Assembly (NCBI GenBank): GCA_020057555.1
Contig: JAGVFR010000026.1
Span: 22,631-86,630, forward strand
From: a bacterium
Lineage (GTDB): Bacteria > Patescibacteriota > Patescibacteriia > UBA9934 > GWF2-40-263
DNA: 64,000 bases
Direction of reading: 5' to 3'
Shown here one piece after another: positions 26,944-34,854 of the stretch. The notes beneath the pieces are model-generated. The model was not told the origin of the DNA. It searched no databases and worked only from the letters and a program-made list of their open reading frames with translations. A program made the translations under genes and the position numbers. How positions within the stretch are numbered: position 1 is the stretch's first letter; each line of letters starts with the position of its first letter.

Positions 26944-27062
26944 AGGAGAGAAGTTGGAGAAGTTAGAGAAGCTGGAGAGGCTGAAGTACGTGATGTCTTT
27001 AAGTTGAGATATAGTGACGTAATATCTGTTTCAAACGTCTTCGACTTGTTAGAATACGTATT

Positions 27063-27077
27063 GTTCTGACACAGTTC
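27063..27077. promoter_or_regulatory. candidate LexA operator (GTTC-N7-GTTC)
   Basis: GTTCTGACACAGTTC, upstream of the orf80-dinB pair. Confidence 0.3.
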
Positions 27078-27246
27078 AGAACTTTTCTGTCTCTACGTGT
27101 TGGAAGAAAAGACAGTGTTAGGTTATGGTACCGAAGAGTTGTGGCAGACATAGAGGTATGGTTTTTTATAAATTGATTAGCAATTCTAAAACTGTCACAC
27201 GTGAGGTAATTTTCCTGTTACGTGCCGAAAATGTTTATAGTGATTT

Positions 27247-27861
27247 TTATACTGGTCTAAATTGTCGGATAACTGCGCGAACTACGCCCTGAATAATACA
27301 ATCTTTTACGTATATAGGATTCATTGTGCTGTTTGCAGGTTGAAGACGTATACGCCTTTGCTCTCGATAAAATCGTTTCAATGTTGCATAAGCATTATCA
27401 AGCAAAGCAACAACCACTTCGCCGTTTTTTGGTGATGGATTGCGTTCAATGACAACATAATCACCATCTAGAATTCCGTCTTCAATCATTGAACGTCCTT
27501 TTACACGAAGAACAAATGAATTTGCTCCATCAAGCACGAAAGTTGCTGGCACAGCCATTGTTTCTCGATCTTCAACAGCCTCGATTGGCTCTCCTGCCGT
27601 GATCAAACCAAGCATTGGCAGAAGAACTGAAGGTTCATCCTGTTCCGACGATACAAGTTCGATTGATCTTGCTTCTCCTTCATCACCGACTGTTATTTCT
27701 CCTTTTTCAACAAGAGTTTGAATATGAGTATAAACAGTGGCAGGGGATGAAAGTCCAAAGTGTTCACCGATCTCTCTGTATGATGGTGCGTAACCTCGAT
27801 TTTTTATGTGTGTACGAATGTGGGCGAGAATTTCTGCTTGTTTTTTTGTAAGAGGAGGCAT
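27247..27861 (-). CDS. lexA: LexA repressor
   Basis: N-terminal wHTH (YREIGEHFGLSSPATVYTHIQTL). S24 peptidase domain with VKGRSMIEDGI and downstream Lys (LKR). Confidence 0.9.
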   Translation of the reverse strand: MPPLTKKQAEILAHIRTHIKNRGYAPSYREIGEHFGLSSPATVYTHIQTLVEKGEITVGDEGEARSIELVSSEQDEPSVLLPMLGLITAGEPIEAVEDRETMAVPATFVLDGANSFVLRVKGRSMIEDGILDGDYVVIERNPSPKNGEVVVALLDNAYATLKRFYREQRRIRLQPANSTMNPIYVKDCIIQGVVRAVIRQFRPV

Positions 27862-27879
27862 ATTTTGAAAGTTTTAGTT

Positions 27880-27921
27880 GTTCGTCTTATGTTCGTATGA
27901 TATATCGAACAAAAAACGAAC
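27880..27921. promoter_or_regulatory. candidate LexA operators: two GTTC-N7-GTTC units in inverted orientation
   Basis: GTTCGTCTTATGTTC (27880-27894) and GAACAAAAAACGAAC (27907-27921), 19-60 bp upstream of the lexA start. Confidence 0.4.
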
Positions 27922-28067
27922 GCAAGAGGCAGATTGTGGATAAGTATGGGAGAGTAGATAAGTAGTAGAGTAGCAAAGTAGAAAAGGGAATTGATTGGTG
28001 ATTTTACTGCAAATTTTTCAACCCTCTGCTACTATGCTACTCTTCTACTCTGCTACTTTTTTATCCT

Positions 28068-29117
28068 ATGTTCAAAACAGTTGAATCAGTAACAATGGGC
28101 CAACCTGACAAAGTCTGCGATCAAATCGCTGAAGCTATTGTTGATGAGTATTTACGTCGTGATACACATGCAAATGTTGATATTCATGTTTTTGGAGCAC
28201 ACGGAATGTTAATGGTCGGTGGCGAGGTAAATTCAAGCGCTGATTTTGATATTGGAGCGCTTGCCAAAAAAGTCTATCAGGAAATTGGTTATCCAGATGA
28301 CATTGAAGTTTTTGTGAATATAGAAACACCATCTGAAGAAATGAAGCATGTTAAAAACGGTGTGCGCGATACAATTGTAATAAACGGATACGCAACAAAT
28401 GAAACACGCGAACGTTTACCAAGAGCTGTTGTTTTCGCACATACGCTAGCGCGAAGACTTGATGATTTGCGCAAAACCGATCCTAAGTTTTCATGGATGA
28501 AACCAGATGGAAAAGTTCAAATTTCAATGCAAGGCGATCGTGTGCAAGCCGTAACAGTTTTAGCCTCGCATCACGTCAGCATTGAAGCGAGAGATGTAAA
28601 AACAGCATTGCTTGAACGTCTTGTCATGCCAGCGATTGGCGAAGACGCTGTGCAGATTTTTATCAATCCTATTGGGGAATTTACTGTTGCAGGATTTCGA
28701 GGTGATTCAGGCGCGAGCGGTAGGAAAATTTGTGTTGATACATACGGCGGTCTTATTCCTCATGGCGACAAGTCGTTTGTTGGAAAAGATCCATTGCGCG
28801 CAGAACGAGCCGGCTCATTCATGGCAAGATATGTTGCTCGTGATCTTGTTGAGCAAGGATTGGCCGCTTCAGTTTTGGTGAACGTTGTTTATACGATCGG
28901 AAAAGCAGAGCCGATTTATATCAACGCAACAGGTGTGTGTGGAAAATCTCAAGGCGGAAAAATTGATTTGACTGATGTTGTAAAACAGAAATTCGATTTT
29001 CGTCCTGAAGCAATTGTTGAACGTTTGCAACTTTGTCAGCCAATATATCAGAGAATGGCAGTGTATGGATATTTTGGTCGAGAAGGTGCACCTTGGGAAT
29101 TAAAAGTGATACAATAG
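28068..29117 (+). CDS. metK: S-adenosylmethionine synthetase
   Basis: ESVTMGQPDKVCDQIAEAIVDEY (variant of the GHPDK motif), DSGASGRK and DTYGG blocks. Shorter than typical MetK. Confidence 0.85.
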   Translation: MFKTVESVTMGQPDKVCDQIAEAIVDEYLRRDTHANVDIHVFGAHGMLMVGGEVNSSADFDIGALAKKVYQEIGYPDDIEVFVNIETPSEEMKHVKNGVRDTIVINGYATNETRERLPRAVVFAHTLARRLDDLRKTDPKFSWMKPDGKVQISMQGDRVQAVTVLASHHVSIEARDVKTALLERLVMPAIGEDAVQIFINPIGEFTVAGFRGDSGASGRKICVDTYGGLIPHGDKSFVGKDPLRAERAGSFMARYVARDLVEQGLAASVLVNVVYTIGKAEPIYINATGVCGKSQGGKIDLTDVVKQKFDFRPEAIVERLQLCQPIYQRMAVYGYFGREGAPWELKVIQ

Positions 29118-29123
29118 ACAAAT

Positions 29124-29555
29124 ATGCTTCGTGTACTTGTTATCATTCTTGTTTTTGTTGGCGCGTTTTTTGTTTTTGTTTCAAGACAACCAGAGCAAGT
29201 TTTCACAAAATCATCAGACGGAGTTGTTGAGGTGAAAGGTCTTTCACGCAGTGTTCGTTCTGTAACAATAGAGCCAACAAAAGAATTTGGTTCGATTTTA
29301 GAAAAACGCGTGAGTTCTTATTATTTGTTGGTTCCAAATCCAGCCGGAGTTCCGTTTTCTGCTGACGTGAGTATCAAAGTGTTAGAACAATGGAAACAAA
29401 TTCAGCCAGATTTGACTGAACTGGCAATTTATAAATGGAATGAGTTCAATTCAAAGTGGGAAGTTCTTCCAACAGTAATAGACTTATCAAATGAAACTCT
29501 TGAAGTTAGAACTGAATTGCAGGAGCCGACTTGGATAGCTGTTGGTGTGTTATAA
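29124..29555 (+). CDS. hypothetical membrane-anchored protein
   Basis: 143 aa with an N-terminal TM helix. No family recognised. Confidence 0.5.
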   Translation: MLRVLVIILVFVGAFFVFVSRQPEQVFTKSSDGVVEVKGLSRSVRSVTIEPTKEFGSILEKRVSSYYLLVPNPAGVPFSADVSIKVLEQWKQIQPDLTELAIYKWNEFNSKWEVLPTVIDLSNETLEVRTELQEPTWIAVGVL

Positions 29556-29584
29556 TAGTTTCAATAATTTTTAAGTTCTTATGT

Positions 29585-30178
29585 ATGCGAAAGTATTTCT
29601 TTGTCATTGCTGGATTATTGATTCTACTTGGCGCCGGATGCGCGTCTAAACCATCTGAAGAAAATTTAAATATAACTTTTGACGAACCTGTGACAGACAC
29701 AAAAACACAAATATGGGAATTTCCCGGCGTGCTTTCTTCAGAAGAAATTTCAAATAAATTAATTCGCATTAAGACCGCAAAGGGCGATATTGTGTTTGAA
29801 TTGTTTGCCGATACCGCGCCAAAGACTGTTTCGAATTTTGTGTATTTAACAAAAGGTGGATATTTCAATGGACTTACATTTCATCGTCGTGAAGAAGGGT
29901 TTGTCATTCAGGGTGGCGACCCAAGTGGAAACGGAACAGGCGGCCCTGGTTATGAATTTGAAGATGAAGTTACTGACTCGTATCAGTACGAACGCGGAAT
30001 TGTTGCAATGGCAAATCGCGGTCCAAACACAAACGGTTCACAGTTTTTTGTAATGTTGGGTGATGTTCCACTTCCAAAAGCTTATTCAATTTTTGGACGC
30101 GTGATCGAAGGAATGGAAGTTGTGGATCAAATCCAAGTTGGAGATGTGATGGAATCAGTCGCGGTTGAAGCAAAATAA
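29585..30178 (+). CDS. cyclophilin-type peptidyl-prolyl cis-trans isomerase, lipoprotein
   Basis: Lipobox LLGAGC. FHRREEGFVIQGGDPSGNGTGGPGY and GSQFFV motifs. Start refined to ATG 29585. Confidence 0.85.
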   Translation: MRKYFFVIAGLLILLGAGCASKPSEENLNITFDEPVTDTKTQIWEFPGVLSSEEISNKLIRIKTAKGDIVFELFADTAPKTVSNFVYLTKGGYFNGLTFHRREEGFVIQGGDPSGNGTGGPGYEFEDEVTDSYQYERGIVAMANRGPNTNGSQFFVMLGDVPLPKAYSIFGRVIEGMEVVDQIQVGDVMESVAVEAK

Positions 30179-30179
30179 T

Positions 30180-31334
30180 ATGTCAAAGAAACACTGGCTG
30201 ATTATTTTATCGCTCGTGTTTTTGATTGGAATCATTATCATTCTGAAGCCGTCCTTTTGGACGGATGAAGAATCTCGCGGGATCCTTCGTTTAACTCAAG
30301 ATGACAAAGGAGGACAGAGGACGACAGAGAATGAGGTGGTCGCACACATTCCTCTTCCAGACGAAGTTCGTGGATTATATTGGACAGCTTCAACTGCCGG
30401 TTCTGAACGATCTGACGAGTTGCTTTCATATATGAATGATCATGGACTCAATGCAGTTGTGATTGATCTTAAGATGGATAATGGTCAAATTGCGTTTATT
30501 ACAAAAGATGAAGCATTGAGTGTTTATCAACAAACAGAATCAGCGATTGGTGATTTAGATGGTCTTCTCACGAAACTTTATGATAGTGGAATTTATAGGA
30601 TTGCTCGTATTGCTATTATGCGCGACAAAAAGTTTGGAGAAATACATCCTGAATTTGCGATGAAACAATCAAATGGCAATTTTTGGACAGATAAAATTGG
30701 TTCAGTTTGGGTTGATCCTGCCGCCCCAGAAGTCGCGCAATATGCGATTGCGCTTGCGCGTGAAGCTTATGCACGTGGGTTTGATGAAGTTCAATTTGAT
30801 TATGTTCGTTTTGCTTCAGATGGATCAATAAACTCGATCGTCTATCCTGTTTATAGTGGAGAAAAAAGTAAGGTTGAAGTAATGCAGAGTTTTTTCAAAA
30901 CAGTTGGAGAAACAATGCAGAAAGAAAAAATTCCTGTTTCGTTTGACGTTTTTGGTATGACTTTTTGGTCGTTTGATGATTTCAACATTGGCCAGCGACT
31001 TATTGATGTGTTGCCTTATGCTGACTTTGTTTCACCAATGGTTTATCCGTCTCATTATGTTGACGGGTTTGAAGGTTTTGCGAACCCGGCTGAATTTCCG
31101 TATGAGATAGTTAAGCGTTCGCTTAATGAAGGAACGAGAATAATTCACGGTTTTTACGCTGATTCAGATGTTGAACTTCGCGCGCATTGGAGGCCGTGGC
31201 TTCAGGATTTTGATATTGGCGCAGTGTATACATCTGATTTGGTTGAAGCGCAGATAAAAGCGACTCGCGATGCTGGCGCTTCTGGTTGGATACTTTGGAA
31301 CGCTCGCAATGTGTACGAACCCGCGGATTATTAA
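30180..31334 (+). CDS. putative glycoside hydrolase (DUF4015-like)
   Basis: N-terminal TM. TIM-barrel-like blocks NAVVIDLK and GFDEVQFDYVRF. Start refined to ATG 30180. Confidence 0.6.
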   Translation: MSKKHWLIILSLVFLIGIIIILKPSFWTDEESRGILRLTQDDKGGQRTTENEVVAHIPLPDEVRGLYWTASTAGSERSDELLSYMNDHGLNAVVIDLKMDNGQIAFITKDEALSVYQQTESAIGDLDGLLTKLYDSGIYRIARIAIMRDKKFGEIHPEFAMKQSNGNFWTDKIGSVWVDPAAPEVAQYAIALAREAYARGFDEVQFDYVRFASDGSINSIVYPVYSGEKSKVEVMQSFFKTVGETMQKEKIPVSFDVFGMTFWSFDDFNIGQRLIDVLPYADFVSPMVYPSHYVDGFEGFANPAEFPYEIVKRSLNEGTRIIHGFYADSDVELRAHWRPWLQDFDIGAVYTSDLVEAQIKATRDAGASGWILWNARNVYEPADY

Positions 31335-31336
31335 AG

Positions 31337-31405
31337 GAGCGTGGAGCTGTGTCGCAGGGAACAGCGGCGAAGAGTCCGCTGGCCCGGAGACATAGCTCCA
31401 CGCTC
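31337..31405 (+). repeat. conserved-core hairpin element, copy 2 (between convergent genes)
   Basis: Outer stem GAGCGTGGAGCTGTGTC / GACATAGCTCCACGCTC. Core AACAGCGGCGAAGAGTCCGCTGGCCCGGAGACAT. T-rich tract follows. Confidence 0.65.
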
Positions 31406-31423
31406 ATTTAATTTATTTTTTGT

Positions 31424-32359
31424 CTACTCTCCAACCTCTTCCACTTCTTCAGCCTCTTCAGTTTCACCTGCTTCTTCAGCCGCCGCTCTTCGTCGTTTTT
31501 CAAGTTCAATCTTATCTTCCAATTCTTTTTGCATCATTTCTCTTCGTCTTTTAATCAACTCTTTTGCTTCCTCAACTTTTTGCTTAACCATTTCGCGTCG
31601 TCTTTCTTCAAGCTGTTTTAATTCCTCTTCTGCTTTTTCTTCTCCTTGCGCAACACGCTCGCGAAGAGCTTTAGCCGCTTCAATGTGTTCACGGATCTCC
31701 AGCGCATGAGCTTCGATTCTGTCTTTTACGTCTTGAAGATGGTCTCGGATTTCTTCTGGAATTTTTTCATTATTGATTGCGTTTTCAAGTCTTCTGGCTC
31801 GGAGTGCCATTTCTTCTCTTAACTCGAGAATCTCATTTTTTGTTTCGTCTGTTGCTTTTTCTTCCAACCGATCCATAATGCGGCGATGTCGTTCTAATTG
31901 TTTTGCGCGATTTCTCAACAAGCGTTCTGTTTCTTCATTTGGGTTTTCAAGCGCGGCATCTTCTTTGTTTTCAGATTCGTCCATCATGTTATTTGCAATC
32001 TCGAGCATTCGTCTGGCTCGTAGTCGCAATTTTTCTCCATCACTTTTTTCGTACATTTTTTCTGCAATAAGCATTCGTTCTTCCGCGTATTTTATTGCGC
32101 GTTCTGCTTTGAGATTATTATTAAATGTCAAAGCAAGTGCCAAGCGTTCTCGAATGGATCTTATAAAAAGTCCAAACTCTGAAGGAAGTTCAGTCTGTTC
32201 ATCAACAACAATTCCCTCATATTCTGTGTCTTCTGTGGCGATTGATGTATCATTTACACTGGTCGTGTTGCTTATACTATCTGTTTGAGCCAAGGCTGGC
32301 GTTACGAAAAGAAAGAGCGATGTGACTAAAATTGGAAACATGTAATGTTTATTGCGCAT
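31424..32359 (-). CDS. secreted coiled-coil protein, Glu/Arg-rich
   Basis: Signal-peptide-like N-terminus (LFLFVTPALAQ), long E/R/K heptad-like region and an acidic tail. Possibly DUF5667-like (weak recollection). Confidence 0.55.
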   Translation of the reverse strand: MRNKHYMFPILVTSLFLFVTPALAQTDSISNTTSVNDTSIATEDTEYEGIVVDEQTELPSEFGLFIRSIRERLALALTFNNNLKAERAIKYAEERMLIAEKMYEKSDGEKLRLRARRMLEIANNMMDESENKEDAALENPNEETERLLRNRAKQLERHRRIMDRLEEKATDETKNEILELREEMALRARRLENAINNEKIPEEIRDHLQDVKDRIEAHALEIREHIEAAKALRERVAQGEEKAEEELKQLEERRREMVKQKVEEAKELIKRRREMMQKELEDKIELEKRRRAAAEEAGETEEAEEVEEVGE

Positions 32360-32378
32360 ATACTATAATAGTATCACT

Positions 32379-33056
32379 ATGTGGAAAATTCCGAAACTCG
32401 TGCTTTTGGATTTTGACGGAGTTGTTGTAAAAGGTTCAAATGAAGCCTATTTTGATTGTTATCATAAAGCGCTTGAGTCTGTTGATGCAAAGCTTGCACC
32501 AGAGATCGAACACGAACGTATTTTGGAAGGATGGGGAAGCGGGCATGTTGAACAGTTGACAATTTTATTACGTGAACGTCAAGAGCTTGTTAATCAAGCT
32601 GGAAAAACTTGGGTTGCGTGTGTTGACGAACCAAAGTTTTGGGAAAATATTGAACTTGTCCCAAATGCGGACAAGGCGATCCATCTGATAGAACAAAAGA
32701 TGAGCGTCGCGATTGTGAGTGGTTCACGAAAAGATCACATCGAAAAATTGTTAAGTCGTTTTGGAATTGATGGCGAGCGGATGATTTTTTCATCATACGA
32801 TGTTGCTGATCCGTCTTTGCGAAAACCAAATCCATACACACTTCGACTTGCGCTTGAACGCTTTAATTGTTCTTCAAGTGAAGCAATTTATGTTGGTGAC
32901 ATGCCAAACGATATTGTGATGGCGCGAGCGGCAGGAATCGAACCAGTTGTTGTGCTTACAGGCGAACTTGATGAAAAGCGCGCGAAAGAATTTGGGGTTT
33001 CGCGGATTGAACAAGATCTGTATTCACTTGCCAAAAAATATGTTAAATCAACTTAA
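32379..33056 (+). CDS. HAD-superfamily hydrolase
   Basis: LLDFDGVV motif I, SGS motif II and GDMPNDI motif IV. Start refined to ATG 32379. TATAAT at 32364-32369. Confidence 0.75.
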   Translation: MWKIPKLVLLDFDGVVVKGSNEAYFDCYHKALESVDAKLAPEIEHERILEGWGSGHVEQLTILLRERQELVNQAGKTWVACVDEPKFWENIELVPNADKAIHLIEQKMSVAIVSGSRKDHIEKLLSRFGIDGERMIFSSYDVADPSLRKPNPYTLRLALERFNCSSSEAIYVGDMPNDIVMARAAGIEPVVVLTGELDEKRAKEFGVSRIEQDLYSLAKKYVKST

Positions 33057-33618
33057 ATATCTCAACAACGTTTCTTGGCAAGAAGTTTTTGATGTTTGGA
33101 AAGAAAATGAAGGCTCTGATCCTGTTTGGCAGACGTTTGCGAAAACCGAAAAAGGTTGGGATACATGGGAACAGTGGCGCGGATATCAATCTTCGATTTT
33201 GGGAGCGGATGAACGAGAGTGGAAATTGTATGAGATACCTGATCCAAACCAAACAGTGCCCAAGTTTTTGATTGGTCCGTTTCCTGGTTGGCAAAAACTT
33301 TTTGAAGAAAAGAACGTGCACACGTTTGAAGATATAGTTCGCGATAAAACAGAATGGGTAAAAGAAAACATTGGAATCAAAACAAGACGCGAGAATTTTC
33401 CACAATCAACGCAATTCATTGGTTTGTATCTTGAAGATAAACAAAAGATTGTTATGTATGAAGGGCATCATCGCTCGGCCGCGATTTCACTGGCTGTTTT
33501 TGAAAACTATCCGATTGTTTTTACATCAAGCCCGACGATTGCTCTTACAACTATTACTGGTGATTCGTCTAAACTTTTAGATCATTTGCTTGCAACAAAA
33601 GCAAACAAACCCGTTTAA
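33040..33618 (+). CDS. hypothetical protein (possible ParB/Srx-fold, weak)
   Basis: ORF 32947.. overlaps the HAD gene, so the start is refined to ATG 33040. The EGHHRSAAISLA segment resembles the ParB-like GxxR/HHR region. Low confidence. Confidence 0.45.
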   Translation: MLNQLKYLNNVSWQEVFDVWKENEGSDPVWQTFAKTEKGWDTWEQWRGYQSSILGADEREWKLYEIPDPNQTVPKFLIGPFPGWQKLFEEKNVHTFEDIVRDKTEWVKENIGIKTRRENFPQSTQFIGLYLEDKQKIVMYEGHHRSAAISLAVFENYPIVFTSSPTIALTTITGDSSKLLDHLLATKANKPV

Positions 33619-34118
33619 CTTATTTTTGAAATAGTATAGATCACATCTCCTTGGAGTGTTTTTACAGTAACAGCGTCGCCGACAGTTTTGTTCATAAGTG
33701 CTGATCCGAGTGGTGAAACATTTGAGATTCTTCCGTGTACAGGATTTGCTTCATGCTGACCAACGATTTCGAATGTCTTTTTATTTTTTTCAACTTCAAC
33801 AACAACTGTTGAACCAAGCTGAACTGTTTGTACTTGGCTTTTTTCAATGAGTACAGAGCGTTTGATTTGTTCTTCAAGTTTCATTACACGATTGTGTAAT
33901 CGTCGCATTCGTCCTTTTGCTTCTTGATATTCTGCATTTTCTGAAAAATCTCCAAACTCGGCTGTACGTTTAACATCCTCAATTGCTTGGGGGAGTTGAC
34001 GCGATTTTATATCGGCAAGTTCGTCTTTGATTTTTTGAAGGCCGACCGGTGTTATGTGCAAAGGCCCCTCATCTTGGTGGATTTTTAGTCGTTCTGATTT
34101 TCGAATAGGTAGACGCAT
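33615..34118 (-). CDS. greA: transcription elongation factor GreA
   Basis: EFGDFSENAEYQEAK coiled-coil motif and a C-terminal FKBP-like domain. Confidence 0.85.
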   Translation of the reverse strand: MRLPIRKSERLKIHQDEGPLHITPVGLQKIKDELADIKSRQLPQAIEDVKRTAEFGDFSENAEYQEAKGRMRRLHNRVMKLEEQIKRSVLIEKSQVQTVQLGSTVVVEVEKNKKTFEIVGQHEANPVHGRISNVSPLGSALMNKTVGDAVTVKTLQGDVIYTISKIS

Positions 34119-34172
34119 AGGTGGAGATAGTAGTTAGTAGCAGAGTAGCATAGTAGCGGAAGGTTGAAAAAT

Positions 34173-34208
34173 TAAACAAAAAACCACCCAGCTTTACGAG
34201 GAGGGTGG
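34173..34208 (-). terminator. intrinsic terminator after the 186-aa orphan
   Basis: Minus strand CCACCC-N13-GGGTGG followed by TTTTTGTTT. Confidence 0.55.
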
Positions 34209-34219
34209 CAGATGAGAGA

Positions 34220-34780
34220 TCAAGCAATGCCTGGCAAAGGATCGCGTTTTTCAACTCCAGAGCATGCGACCAGAAGATCCCAGGAAGGACAGTCGCGCGT
34301 TGTGCACCAATCTCGGTCTGATGAAATTCTTTCTCCACATTCTGGACATTGCCAGCATGAGGAAGTCTTTTTAGTGCTTTGCTTTTTTCGAGCGCGAGCA
34401 ACAGTGAGAATGTACAAGTACTCGATCCACCAGAGCGTTAGTTCAAGACTCTCTTGGTGCGCGATTGAGTTTCGCGTTCGAAACACATGTAGACTCTCTT
34501 TTGGTTGCACGACTTTCAGTTCGTGCGGGTCCATTAGATCGAAGAGCGCTCGTGGAATATTGCATTTGCGCAATACTCCAACAAGTGGCGATAAGCGACG
34601 GCGTAGTGGTTGTGGAAGATCTTGCAGAGTGAAGGTAGCACGAATCGTGTGCAGATGTGCCCATGACACATTGACCCGATCAGGAACGATGATCAACCGT
34701 TGTGGAGGTTTTTGGTGGTCCTCCTCAATATCAGGTCCAACGGCTGACTGTTGCGAAGCACCATGAAAAAAGTCTTCCAT
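34220..34780 (-). CDS. hypothetical protein with C-terminal zinc ribbon (orphan, composition-atypical)
   Basis: ORF 34220..34807. Start refined to ATG 34780 behind GGAGGG. C-terminal CWQCPECG...CTTRDC. Confidence 0.5.
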   Translation of the reverse strand: MEDFFHGASQQSAVGPDIEEDHQKPPQRLIIVPDRVNVSWAHLHTIRATFTLQDLPQPLRRRLSPLVGVLRKCNIPRALFDLMDPHELKVVQPKESLHVFRTRNSIAHQESLELTLWWIEYLYILTVARARKKQSTKKTSSCWQCPECGERISSDRDWCTTRDCPSWDLLVACSGVEKRDPLPGIA

Positions 34781-34815
34781 GTTTCCCTCCGAAGATAAAC
34801 ATATCATTGTAGTTT

Positions 34816-34841
34816 GCCTTCGACAAGCTCAGGCAATAATT
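34816..34841 (+). repeat. MITE-like element right arm (copy C)
   Basis: GCCTTCGACAAGCTCAGGCAATAATT, 25/26 identical to copies at 8907-8932 and 57312-57337. Lies in the 74-bp divergent region. Confidence 0.6.
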
Positions 34842-34854
34842 CTATAATGTCTTC

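Noticed and set aside
31341-32288. Ser-rich plus-strand ORFs 31341..31709 and 31773..32288.
   Set aside because: They are antisense shadows of the Glu/Arg/Lys-rich coiled-coil gene 31424..32359: GAA/GAG/AAG codons read as TTC/CTC/CTT on the opposite strand. The first one also starts inside a hairpin repeat.
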